From contig JANHCV010000010.1 of assembly GCA_025594325.1 (NCBI GenBank), forward strand, positions 62,001 through 126,000: a stretch of DNA of 64,000 nt, written 5' to 3'. Position numbers and translations under genes: made by a program. This document shows, piece after piece, positions 21,679 to 33,200 of the stretch; the first letter of the stretch is position 1; each line of letters starts with the position of its first letter. The notes under the pieces were generated by a model. That model had not been told where the DNA came from. It saw only the letters and a list, made by a program, of their open reading frames with translations, and ran no database searches. This DNA comes from Blastocladiella emersonii ATCC 22665 (taxonomy: Eukaryota > Fungi > Blastocladiomycota).

Positions 21679-24178
21679 CGGGTGCGGCGCACACGGGCGT
21701 GTTGTGGCGTGTCTATAGTCGAAATCGTTCATGTACTCCTCACCCAGTATTCCTTTTGAGTTGGTTGTGTGCCATCGATGGAGCAGATCGAGTCGAGGCT
21801 GGGCGCGATGCAGGCAAGCGGGCGGGATCGGGGCGCGCGCGAGGACGCGTCGCACAATCGCGTGATGCAGGCGCGAGACGCGTCGCGGCGGGGTCGATGA
21901 TCAGCGATGTTGCCGTCAAGCCGCGAGGTCGCCATGGGAGAAACTTGACTCAGCACTGGAAGTCGACGCGGTGTTGACGAACGCCGTGGCCGAGGTGGGA
22001 GACGCTGACGCGTCGTCGCCACCCGCGATGGCGACTCTTACGGCGTTGGTACGTGATCACTGTGATCGTGGCCGAGCGAGGCAAGGGAAAGACGACGTGG
22101 CCACGGTCCATCGATCACGGCCGCCGGGTGCGGTCGGCCATGGCCGCGTGTGTGTCTCCCACCATGGCCACGTCGACTTTGGCAGCGACCGGACGCGCGA
22201 CATGTTGCGTCTCGCGCTGCGGCGCTCGCTGGCCAACAAGGACGAGAGCAAGAGTCGACTCAGCGAGCACGATCAGGGCAAGGGCACGTAGGATCGGATC
22301 ACGCGTCACGCCGGCCACGACGGCCCCGAGCGCAGTCGACCACGGCGGCCACGGGGCCGCGACCCGGGCGTGATGAGGACACGCAGCAGGGTGGGATACA
22401 ACGTGAGGGAGCGCGCGTGAGTGCGGTGAGGGGAGGTTTGTCAGCAGGCCAAAAACCGGCGCGCGTGTGTCAGCGAGGCGATCACCGTGGTCGCGGGCCG
22501 GCCAGTCGGTCGGCGGCGGCGGCCAGCGCGGCTATTCCGGGCGACGACGTGGGGAAAAGCGTCTCTCACGTCCGCGGTCGAGGACGACGACGACTTGCCG
22601 CCCACGCACGCAATGCCCTCAAAGCAGTAGACGCGCGCGCTCCCCTCCTCCTGACCGCAGTTGCGCCACCCACCCGTCCGTCCCTCATCCGCGTCCCCGA
22701 TTGCGCTACGGCGATCGCCCTCGGCAGCCATCATCGCGACCGGTCGGCGACGTCACTCTCCTCCCGCAGTCGCCGTGACGGTGATCCAGACCCGGCGGGA
22801 CCCCAGAGCAGTCACGGAAACCTCGGCTCCGTGGGCAGCGAGGGTCAGCGCTTCCCACTGCGCGCGAGCTCATCACTCAGCAGCGCGGCACGGCCAACCC
22901 TGGCCGCCTTGGCCCGACACGGCTTCCGCTTCCTCGGTCTGTTCCTCGCGAACTCGCGCTCGCACGCGGGCCCACCACGACCCGCATTCAGCGAGCAGCG
23001 TTCAGCGAGCGGTCAGTCGGGCCTGTCGCGCACAAGGGACGGCCTTGGTCAGCACCGCGCGCTGCCGTCAGCAACAAGCGCTACTTCGCTCGAGCGACGT
23101 GCAGCACGGCGCCGCGGCCGAGCTCTTCGCGACGACGACGACGGCGGCCGTCTGCTCTCCTCCACCACCACCTTCAGCATCTCGGCTAGACTGATCCACT
23201 GCACGCACCTTGCGCCGTTGCGCTCGCAATCTGGTACGCGTCCTCGTCTCGCGCCTTGATCTGCCCTCGTCCCCTCCTCCCGCATCCCCGCCCACCGTCT
23301 GGCCCGAATTCGGCGGCATACGAGGCCGAGCGGCGCCACTCGCGAGAGCAAGAACCGAATTCGGGCTTTGGCGGCGCTCTCGTCCTCGCTCGCCGGGTTC
23401 TCCAAACCCGATCGTGGCCGCTCGCTGCCCTCCCTCGCCCGCCCACCCACACCCCTCCCCTCGCTCCCCTCTCGCCGCCGCCGCCACGCGCCGCTCCCCA
23501 CGCGCACGGTTGTTCGTGCCCCGGACGCGCGCCCATCCGAACCCGGGCCCGAGCCGTGGGACCCGCGATTGGCTGCCGAGTCTTCGCGGAGGATGGTGGT
23601 ATGGCGCCGCCGCGAGCGCTCGTTCGTTTGTGGGGGGAGGAGGGGTCGCGAACGCCAGCGCGCAAGGGACCGACCGGCCGGAGGAGGGCCGTGGCGGCAG
23701 AAGCGCAGAAGTGATGCGTCATGCTGCATCACCGGCGGTCCCTGCTGTGGCGCCGACCACGGCCGCCCCGTCCACGGGAGCGGCGGCGGCAGAAGAGCGC
23801 CGGCGGGTGCGGGTGAGTTGCCCGCGGCGGTGGCTCGTGCGGCGCGATCGTCGCTTACATGTCGGCCGCGGCGATGGCCGTCGTGGTCTGTGCTTGGTCA
23901 TCGCGGCCCTCCACCCTCCCCTCCCTCGTCCGCGACGCCCTGCGCACCTCATGAAGCTGCCGCCCCTCCCATGCATCGCGCTCCACACCCTGCTCCCGCC
24001 CGCCGACCGCTCTGGTGGGTCCGCGACTTGCCGCAACCCGCTGCCGACCTCGAAGCGCATACACTGACCATCATCTCGCCCTCCCCTCCTTCCGTATCCA
24101 CAGCTTGACTCGCGCTACGCCACACCCGAACAACCACGCTCGCCCGCCGTAACCGCCGCATCCGCCGTTACCGCCACC

Positions 24179-26743
24179 ATGCCCTCCACCCCCGGCCACC
24201 CCGCCGCGGCCCCCGCCGGCGCCCTGCCGGGCCTCTCGGGCCTCGCCTGCGTCCCACCCGTCGGCTCGGCCCCCGCTGCTGCTGCGCCGCCCGCTTCGTG
24301 CAACCCGTGCTGCAACCCGTCCACGGACCCGCGCCCGCCCAACACGGAGCTGCTCGTGTGCCGGCCGTGCGGCGGCCCGCTCGCCGACCGCGGCCCGCTG
24401 CTGACGCTCCCCTGCGGCAACGTGCTGCACCGCGCCTGCGTGCCGTCGGCGCCGTCGCGCGCGCGGCCCGTCGACACCTGCCCGCCCTACTTTGACTGCC
24501 CCTTTGCCTGCTGCAAGCTCAAGGCCCACCCGCGCCCCGACGCCGTCAACGCCGGCGCCGACGTGGTCCTGTCGCAGATCGTCGCCCAGTGGGCCGCTGT
24601 CCGCGCCCGCCCGACGGCTGCCGCGTGCCCGCCGCCCAAGCGGCCCGTCTCGGCCGTCCCCGTCCCGCGCCTGCCCGTCCGCGCCTGCTCCGGATCGGCC
24701 ATCGGTGGGGACGATGAGGCCATGGACGTGGCCGCCTCCGTGTCCTCGTCCGTGTCGCAGCTCTCGCTCGCCTGCGAGTGCTCGCCCGACACGCCCACCA
24801 TCCTGTGCGCCTACTGCCGCAAAATTGTCGCCGCCAAGGCTGCGGCCGCCGCGTCCTCGAAAACGGCCGGCCCCACCGACAGCGCGTGCGGCGCCTCGGT
24901 CGCCCCCTCACTCTCCGACTACACCCTCCCCGACGTCAAGGAGAACCTGCCCTCGGCGCACAAACCCGCCATGGTCGCCCCGCCGGCGCCGCCAGAACTG
25001 CCGCCCTGCACCTGCCGCGAGGCCGAGGTCAAGTCGCGCTTCTCGCGCCTGCTCGACTCCATCTGCCCCAAGCGCGCCGCCGCGTCCGCCTCCTCGTCGG
25101 CGCTGCCCTCGGCCTCGGGCTCATCATCATCGTCGTGCCGCCTCTCGTCGCTCCGCCGCTGCTCCTCGTCCTCGTCCGTGACGCCCGCCGAGCCCGCACC
25201 GCCAGAACGCGACGACCCGGCCTCGCACAAGCCCGGGTGCCCGCGCGCCGCGCCGCCCATGCCCGAGCTGCCGCCGCCCGTCGAGCGCCTGTGCTACAGC
25301 GAGTTCGAGGACCTGCTCGAGTGCCAGCTGTGCTACCAGCTGCTGCACGACCCCATCACCCTCTACCCGTGCGGCCACACGGCGTGCCGCGCCTGCATCC
25401 TGCGCACCCTCGACCACTGCGACAAGTGCTTCCTGTGCCGCGCACCGCTCGGCAGCTACCTCCAGTACCACAACCAGGCGCCCAACCGCACCCTGCAGAA
25501 GTTTGTCTGGCACAACTTCCCGCAGGAGTCGTGGCTCCGCGCCCAGGCCCTCGCTGCCGAGGCACGCAGCCTGCTCGACGACGTGCCCATCTTCGTCTGC
25601 TCGCTCGCCCTCCCCGGGTCGCCGTGCCACCTGCACGTCTTCGAGGCCCGCTACCGCCTCATGATCCGCCGCGTCACCGCCCCCGGCGCACCGCGCCTCT
25701 TCGGCATGTGCATGTCGTCGCCCGACGGCCTGCCCGGACCCGCCGCGTTCGGCACCATGATGCGCGTCGAGAAGCTGCAGCTCCTGCCCGACGGCCGGTG
25801 CCTGGTCGAGGCCACGGGCATCTACCCGTTCAAGGTTGAGTCGACGTCGTGCACCGACGGGTACACGACCGCGAAGGTGCAGCAGCTCGCCGACACGGAT
25901 TTCCTGAGTCTCGACCACCCGTGCCCGCCCGAGCTCGTGCCCATGGTCCCCGCGGCGTGCTCGGCTGACCGCCCCGACGGCGCGCCGACGATCCGCGACC
26001 TCGTGTGCCACGCGTCGCGGCTGCTCGGCGCCTTCCTCGCGCGGCTCCCCGTCCACCAGCGCCACCAGTTCATGTCGCAGTTCGGGTGCATGCCGTGCGA
26101 CCCGTCGCTGTTCGGGTACTGGCTCGCCGGCGTCCTGCCCGTCTGCGTTCCCGAAAAGTACAAGCTGCTCCAGATGCGGTCCGCGCGCGACCGACTCGTC
26201 ACCGTCATGACCTGGTTCCGCTGCGTCCGCCAGCACCAGCAGGCCCAGGCCGCGGCGGCCGCTGCGGCGGTTGGTGGCGGCGGCGGTGGTTGCCCCCAGG
26301 CCGCTGCTGCTGCTCCGGCTGCCGCTCCCGCGCAGCCACCCGTCGCACCCGCTCCCCCCACCCGCGCGTCGCCCGGCCTGCGCACGTCCCACCGCGGCGC
26401 GGCCCGGCGTACCAGCACGTCGACGTCGGGCTCGGACGAGCCCATGGGCGGCGAGTCTGACGAGTTTGACGACGAGGACGAGGAGTTTGACGAGGACGAG
26501 GACTACGACGACGACGAGTACGACGACGACGAGGACATGGACATGGACGACGACTCGGACGCCATGGACCAGGACCACCACGTCGCCGCCGCCGAACCAC
26601 ACCAGCCGCCGATCCCCGTCCCGCCACGACATCCGGCCGCGCCAGCGCCAGCACCCGCCGCGCCGGTGCATCCTCAGCAGCAGCTGCAGCGGCCGGCAGG
26701 GGCGCCGCCAGAAGGCGAGCTCGACGCGTGCGTCATCATGTAA
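24179..26743 (+). CDS. LON peptidase N-terminal domain and RING finger protein (LONRF-like E3 ligase)
   Basis: RING CQLCYQLLHDPITLYPCGHTACRACI...CFLCR; LON domain VPIFVCSLALPGSPCHLHVFEARYRLMIRR; a second degenerate RING near the N-terminus; acidic tail; ends CVIM*. Confidence 0.9.
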   Translation: MPSTPGHPAAAPAGALPGLSGLACVPPVGSAPAAAAPPASCNPCCNPSTDPRPPNTELLVCRPCGGPLADRGPLLTLPCGNVLHRACVPSAPSRARPVDTCPPYFDCPFACCKLKAHPRPDAVNAGADVVLSQIVAQWAAVRARPTAAACPPPKRPVSAVPVPRLPVRACSGSAIGGDDEAMDVAASVSSSVSQLSLACECSPDTPTILCAYCRKIVAAKAAAAASSKTAGPTDSACGASVAPSLSDYTLPDVKENLPSAHKPAMVAPPAPPELPPCTCREAEVKSRFSRLLDSICPKRAAASASSSALPSASGSSSSSCRLSSLRRCSSSSSVTPAEPAPPERDDPASHKPGCPRAAPPMPELPPPVERLCYSEFEDLLECQLCYQLLHDPITLYPCGHTACRACILRTLDHCDKCFLCRAPLGSYLQYHNQAPNRTLQKFVWHNFPQESWLRAQALAAEARSLLDDVPIFVCSLALPGSPCHLHVFEARYRLMIRRVTAPGAPRLFGMCMSSPDGLPGPAAFGTMMRVEKLQLLPDGRCLVEATGIYPFKVESTSCTDGYTTAKVQQLADTDFLSLDHPCPPELVPMVPAACSADRPDGAPTIRDLVCHASRLLGAFLARLPVHQRHQFMSQFGCMPCDPSLFGYWLAGVLPVCVPEKYKLLQMRSARDRLVTVMTWFRCVRQHQQAQAAAAAAAVGGGGGGCPQAAAAAPAAAPAQPPVAPAPPTRASPGLRTSHRGAARRTSTSTSGSDEPMGGESDEFDDEDEEFDEDEDYDDDEYDDDEDMDMDDDSDAMDQDHHVAAAEPHQPPIPVPPRHPAAPAPAPAAPVHPQQQLQRPAGAPPEGELDACVIM

Positions 26744-28184
26744 GGCGCGCTGCGCTCGCTCCGCTTGCAGCGATTTCTTTGTTCAGTTTTGTGTATACCA
26801 AACCCTCTCCCTTTCTTCCATCACTACCACCCCACCGCTTGTATGCTCCTACCTCTTTCCTTCCTCTCAGCGGGACCCAGGACCGGCCGGCGAGCGCCGT
26901 CGTTGCTCGTTCGGTTGGGCCCGGGTTCCGCGTCCTCCGCAACGAACGAGAATACGATTGGACTTGCGACTCTGCTACAAACTCGATCGTGCCTCCATCC
27001 GGACAGTGAAGGAACTAGATCGCGGAGAACCAGTCAGCTGCACGAGTGTCTCCCGTGCGAGACAGAAACAGCGACGCGTCGCGCCGCGCGGGTGACCTCA
27101 CGCGACCGCGCGCCGTTCACCGCGTTTCGCCTCCCGCCGCCCGCCCGACTTGTTGCGCCCCGCCGGCTCGCGACACTGCGCGGAAAACAAGTTGGTGTTG
27201 TTTCCGGCCCGAAGCGGAAAGTGCGTGCCTGTTCGCGTCGGCGTCGGCGGCGACGGGCAGTCCCCCTGAGCGCGTCGGTCGGCGGCGTGGGTGGCTCAAG
27301 CTCTTCCTCTCTCCCCTCCCCTCCCTCGTAGACTTGCTCTCCCTCTCTCTCGCGGCGGTCATCACCATCCAACCTCGCTACTTGCTACGCGATCGACTAC
27401 GCTGTGCCGACGCCCCGCGATCAACGCGTCCACGACATCGCGCTCCCCTGTGCTAGCGGAGACCCTGTATGCCTCAGCTGCCCTCGCGACGTGCACGCAC
27501 ACAGCGTCCTCACTATGCTCTGCGCAAATAGATTTGCTCTGAAGTGCCCATCACCGTCAAGGAACGCTTCACGCGAGTTCCGTCGCCTTCCCCGCGCGCG
27601 TCGCGCCGACCGCGTCCGCTCACCTTCTCTCTCCCCGCCAACGTGTAGCACGCGCCCAACGTCCAGCACCCGATCACGTCTCCATCTTGCTCGGTACGCA
27701 TGTGCACGCGCATGTCCGCCCCCGCTCCCCGCCAACAGAGTTGCCGCGCAAACCTTGTCCGCGCTCTGCCGCTGCCGCCACGCGATCGCGTCGCTCATGA
27801 GCGCCACGGCGTGCCCCCGCCGCCGCCGTTTGACTTTCTGTCCCGCGCACGGCGGCAGGGGCACCCGGCCCTGCCCATTGAGCCCGCACACCTACACGCC
27901 GGTGGCGAGGGATCTGCGTCCTCCTGGAAACTCTGCTGCGCTGGCCCCGATTCTCGTGTTCGTTCGCTGCGACTGACGCTCCGCCTCCCGTATCCCCCTC
28001 CCTCCTCATGTATCCTGTCGTACTCGGCCCAGTCTCCTCGTCGTCGGTCGCCACCAAACCATTCACTACACTGCGGCATCTCGCCCACCAACCCATTGCG
28101 ATACCCGCCGCCCGCCTCTGATCTCACTCGTCAACCCATCCCATCCCACCCATACCCCACCATCTCCACGCAACGCAACCAACC

Positions 28185-30146
28185 ATGATGCCCTCCACGC
28201 CCTCGTCCACCTCCAACAGCGGCTCGTACGCCGGCTACCACCAGCACCACGCCTCCGCGGCCCACCACCACCACCACCACGCGCAGCAGCAGCAGCAGCA
28301 ACAGCAGCAGTACCACCAGGCCGCCGCCGCCTACTCGGCGTATCACCACGGCCTGCACCTGCCGCACCACGGCCACGGCCACCACCACGCGTACCAGGCC
28401 TACTACGCCGGCGGCGCCACCGACACGCGCGGCTCGCCCTCGGACACCGCGTCCCCCGCGCCCGGATCGAGCAGCGGGTCGGCGGCCGCGGCTGCTGCCG
28501 CCATGGCCATGGCCGCTGCCGCCGCCGCGGCGGCCGCATCCTCGTCGTCGCCGTCCAACTCACAGCACCACCACCACCAGGCCGCGGGCCTCGCCATGGC
28601 GCTCCCGCACGCGCTATCGAGCTCGTCGATCATCCCGCCGCCGCAGGAGGAGATCACGACCATCTTTGTGGTCGGGTTCCCGCCCGACATGCAGGAGCGC
28701 GAGTTCCAGAACATGTTCATGTTCAGCCCCGGGTTCGAGGCCGCCACGCTCAAGGTGCCCGGGCGCGACGAAATGGACCACGCAGGGCACAAGAAGCAGA
28801 TCATCGGGTTCGCCAAGTTCCGCACCCGCCTCCAGGCGCTCGAGGCCCGCGATATCCTCTCGGGCCGCAAGGTCGACGCCGAGAAGGGGTCGGTCCTCAA
28901 GGCCGAGATGGCCAAGAAGAACCTGCACACCAAGCGCGGGCTCTCCAACGAGTTCTTCCACCCGGCGTTCCACCAGTACGGCGTCCTCGCCGGCAGCCCG
29001 CCCACGGGGCTCGCGTCCGGGTACCTCTCGTCGTCGGCCGCTGCGGCTGCTGCTGCGGCCGTGGCGGCGGCGGCCGCGTCCGACGCGAGTAACGGCGCCG
29101 CCGCGGCCGAGGCATACTACACGTCGCGCCGCGACGCGGTCGGTGCCGCTGGCGCGACGGGCGTCGCGGCCACGGTCGCTGCCGCCGTCGCCAACGGAGC
29201 TGGGTCGACGGCCGCGGCTGCCGGCGGCGGCGCGCCCGCCCTCGAGCACCTGTTCGCGCCCTCGGCCGCAGCCAGCCCGCAGATGGGCGGCACCCTCGCG
29301 CCGTCGGGCCTGTCCGTGGCGGCCGACGAGTTCCGGTACTACGGCTCGGCGCAGGGGTACTACCAGCAGCAGCAGCAGCAGCAGCAGCAGTCGCACTACG
29401 ACGACGACGCGTACTACGGCAACCACCACCACCACTCGCAGTCGCAGCAGCAGCAGCAGTACGTGCCGGCAAAGGCGCCCGCCCCGACCCCCGCCGCGGC
29501 CGCGACGCCCAACACGTCGTACGCGCAGTACGCGGCGGCCGCCGCCGCGACCAAGCGGTTCGCGTCGCCCGCGCCGCCCACGACGCCGACCGTCGAGGAC
29601 ACGCCCACCTCGCACGCTGCCCCGAAACTCGCGCCCACGCCGCGCCGCGCGTCGCCGCCATCGCTGCGCATCAACGCGGGCCTCGCGAACCGGTGGACCA
29701 AGGCCGGGCTCGCGACCGCGCAGGGCAACATGCGCGTCGCCTCGCCCGCGACCCCGTTCCTGCCGCCCGACGTGCACGCCGTGACGGCCGCAAGCCCGAC
29801 CCAGGAGGGCGAGGACGACGAGTACGCGCCCGCGGCGCCCGCCAACGCCGTGTTCATCCCGGCGCCCATCGCGGCGCGGATCGGCGGCGCGGCAGACGCG
29901 GTCCACGCGCTCACTGGGTTCCGCCGCGTGCTGACGGGCGGCGGCGGCGTGTACCTCGAGTTCGACGGCGCCAAGAACGCGGCGACCGCGCGCGAGTGGG
30001 TCCGCGAGGTGCTCGGCGATGAGGGGGAGGGCGACGGGATCATGTGTGTCGCCACCATGGGCGCGGCGGAGGCGGCCGAGGCGGCCGCGGCGCGGGATGA
30101 CGGCGCGGGGTCGTTGATTGATGCGATGCGGAGCGCGACGCTGTGA
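28185..30146 (+). CDS. Whi3/Scw1/RBPMS-family RRM RNA-binding protein with polyQ/polyH/polyA tracts
   Basis: EEITTIFVVGFPPDMQEREFQNMF...IIGFAKF...LKAEMAKKNLH; degenerate second RRM near the C-terminus. Confidence 0.88.
   Translation: MMPSTPSSTSNSGSYAGYHQHHASAAHHHHHHAQQQQQQQQQYHQAAAAYSAYHHGLHLPHHGHGHHHAYQAYYAGGATDTRGSPSDTASPAPGSSSGSAAAAAAAMAMAAAAAAAAASSSSPSNSQHHHHQAAGLAMALPHALSSSSIIPPPQEEITTIFVVGFPPDMQEREFQNMFMFSPGFEAATLKVPGRDEMDHAGHKKQIIGFAKFRTRLQALEARDILSGRKVDAEKGSVLKAEMAKKNLHTKRGLSNEFFHPAFHQYGVLAGSPPTGLASGYLSSSAAAAAAAAVAAAAASDASNGAAAAEAYYTSRRDAVGAAGATGVAATVAAAVANGAGSTAAAAGGGAPALEHLFAPSAAASPQMGGTLAPSGLSVAADEFRYYGSAQGYYQQQQQQQQQSHYDDDAYYGNHHHHSQSQQQQQYVPAKAPAPTPAAAATPNTSYAQYAAAAAATKRFASPAPPTTPTVEDTPTSHAAPKLAPTPRRASPPSLRINAGLANRWTKAGLATAQGNMRVASPATPFLPPDVHAVTAASPTQEGEDDEYAPAAPANAVFIPAPIAARIGGAADAVHALTGFRRVLTGGGGVYLEFDGAKNAATAREWVREVLGDEGEGDGIMCVATMGAAEAAEAAAARDDGAGSLIDAMRSATL
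28284..28311 (+). repeat. CAG/CAA polyglutamine tract
   Basis: cagcagcagcagcagcaacagcagcag; a second pure (CAG)9 tract lies at about 29364-29390. Confidence 0.85.
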
Positions 30147-30280
30147 TGAGGGTGATGATGTGACTATGGAATACACTCGACTCGCGCTGGTCGCGGTTCT
30201 CGCAAAACACAACGGATGAAAACAAGAAGCTAGGATACTATCTAAGGGGCTATCACACAAACGACACACGACACAGAATT

Positions 30281-33200
30281 TCAGTGGAAGAAGTAGGCGC
30301 TATCCTTGACGTTGCGCACGTCAAAGTCGCCGCGCGGCGGGAGCGGCGGCAGGTCGAGCTGGACCCACTGGCCGGCGTCAATGGCCTCGGTCGTCAGCGG
30401 GATGGCCTTGGCGCGGGTCTTGGTGGCCTTCTTCTTGGGCGCGGGCGCTGCTGCAGCTGCGTCCTCGTCGGCCGCCGCCGCCGCCTCGCTCGCGTCCTCG
30501 GCCTCGGCGGCGTCGGCCTTGAGCGCGGTCACGGGCACAATGTGGTCCTTGTACCGGAGCTGGAACTCCTTGACGAGGTTGTCCATGATGGGCTGCGAGT
30601 GGAGCGTGACAAACTCGTCGCGGATGATGCCGTTCATGGTGTCGACGTCGCACGCGTGGGTCCAGTACGAGTCGTGGACCGATGCAAAGGTGAGGCCACG
30701 GTGGTGGCACGCGATAGCCGTCATCATCATGTGCGAGGCGTCGAGCGAGTGGATGAAGTTGGGCGGGAACGCGGACCGCTGCTTCATGACGTTGACGGGT
30801 GCCGGGTTGTTGGGGTCGGCCAGGTTGATGGTCTGCAGGATCGTCTTGACCTGCGTGCGCACCTCCTTGCGGTACGGCTGCACGCACGTCAGGCCGAGCG
30901 GCGTCGTCCACACGACCGACGTCATGGACGCGGGCGACTTGTCGGCGTACACGCGCGGGATCGACTTGGACACGAGCCGCGCCACGTCGTTGAGCCAGTC
31001 CTGGATCTTCTGCGCGCCGTGGAAGATCTTGCCAATGGACAGGAACACCTTCTTGGCAATGTACGCCGCGAGCTGGTACACGTCGTCGTCGCTGAACTCC
31101 TTGAGCTCGTTGAGCCGGTTCTGGATCTGCTGCCGCGCGCCGACAAACGTAACGCCGTACACGTTGGTCATGACCGTCTGCTTGACGATCTTGCGCGTGA
31201 TGCGCCCGTTGATCATCTGCGCGTACTTGTTGCCCTTCTCGGCGTCCTTGGCCACGAGCGCCGCCACCTGGTTTGCGACCGCCGTGTACACGTCGGCGGG
31301 CCGGTCGCCGCGGACCAGGTTGACCTGCTGCGCGCCCATGAGGTCGCCGCCGAGCGCCGCGTAGTGCTGCAGCCCGTTGCACGTGCCGTCCTGGTGGATG
31401 GGCAGCGCGCACTTGTAGGTGGTCGGGTCGCCCGACCGGTGCGCGCGCGCGATCTCGATGCACGTCGCGAGACACTGCCACGGCTCGTCGGCCTTGAGCC
31501 ACCACCGCTTGCCGGTCAGCGGGTGATCGGCCGCGTCCAGGATGTTGTCGAGGTTGTCCATGACCCACGCCTCGCGCGCCGCAAACGACTGCTTGTCGTA
31601 CCCGTGCAGCGACGCCATGTGCACCTTGAGCCAGAACCACCCGCGCTCGCCCAGCGGCTTGGCCTCGGCAAACGTCATGAGCCCGCGGCACAGGTCCGAT
31701 GACATGTGGTTGAGGTGCACCGGCATAGGGTACGCGCGGCCGCGGAAGTCCATGTTGTGCGGGAAGTACATTTCCTGGCCCAGGAACTAGATAGAGGATG
31801 CGAGCGTCGAGTCAGCTTCGAGAACGGACGAGGCGAATCCCAAAACGAAAGCGTACCGTGCGAGCGACCTCGACCTTGTAGTTGGTGTCGCAGCGCAGCG
31901 AGTAGGCGTTGCGGACAAACGTCTGAAAGTCGGTGGCCTTCTTGGCGTACTCGCGGCGGGCCATGGGGTTGGTGTCGTAGTCGGCGGGCTTCTTGGGGGC
32001 GAGCTTCATCTTGATCTCCTCGTTGAGCGCGGGCGGGATGTCGGCCGTCTCCTCGCCCGAGTTCCACACCTCGAGGACCGTCTTGAACACGTCCTCGTTG
32101 ATGCGCCACGCCGTGGACCCGAGCACGTCGAGCGACGCGAGGATGTAGTTGAGGCGGTTGTTCTTGGCCGAGGCGCGCAGGTACGCGAGCTGCTCCGGGT
32201 TGTTGTCCTTGAGGCGCATGCACGGCGACCGCGATGTCAGGTACCCGCCGCTCATGTACGTGAGCCAGGGCCGCGGGCGCACGACCATGGGCAGCATCTT
32301 CGGGTGCAGCGTGTTCTTGACGGGGTCGCTCGACAGCAGCTCCGAGATCTGCTGGTGGTACTTGACGACGCCGATCTTCTTGCCCTTGGCGAAGGCGTAC
32401 GTGTGGTAGAAGGCGGGGACGCGCTTCGTGGTCTGCACGCCCGTGACGGGGTCGGTCGCGAACCGCGTGACGTGCGCCGACTCCATGAGCATGCTCAGCA
32501 GCACGCTGCCGACCTTGGCGCGCGACGAGATGGGCCACCGCTTGAGCCACAGGCCCGACGACAGGCCGTCGGGGGTCTTGGACTCGTCAATGTTGTCGCC
32601 GCCGAGCTCGAGCTGCTGGTTCTGCAGCTTGGCGTACAGCCGGCGCACCGTCATGTTGAAGACGCGCTGGTTGGTGAACAGTTTGTCGTCGAGGTACTTG
32701 GCCATGAGGTCGCGCTCCGAGAGGGAGGTGGCGACGCCGTCGGCGTTCCCGCCCGTGGCCTGCGCGGCGCGCATCCGCTTGCGCAGGGCCTCGGCGTTGA
32801 TCTCGGCCTCGACGGCGCTGCCGATGGCGGTCACGACCTTGTTGATCTTGGTCAGCTCGCCGACATCGCCGTCCTCGGGGTCGGCGGACATGGGGACGTG
32901 CATGCGCAGGACCTCGACGATGGTGATCATGGCGAGCTTGTCGGGGGACAGTTGGGCGAGGAGCGGGCCGTACAGCTCGCGCTCGTTGCGGGCGTCGTGG
33001 TAGTTGGTGGTGACGGGCTCGATGGCAGCACACGCCTTGAGCTCGCGGGCGATCTTGTAGACGAGCGTCTTGTGCCAGTCCCACATGTACTCCTTGAGGG
33101 CGCCCGAGCGGATCAGCGGCATGGACGACTCCTGCTCGTTCTCGGACTTGAGGCGCTCGAGGGCCACGTTGTACGACTCGTCCTCGAGCTTGAGCTGCAG

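Noticed and set aside
21971-24108. Several ORFs between the kinesin and LONRF genes
   Set aside because: Low-complexity translations with no recognisable motif; probably promoter and long 5' UTR, though a small gene or uORF cannot be excluded
28260-29460. Short tandem repeats as a CRISPR-like array
   Set aside because: In-frame CAG/CAC microsatellites without spacers, in a eukaryotic gene
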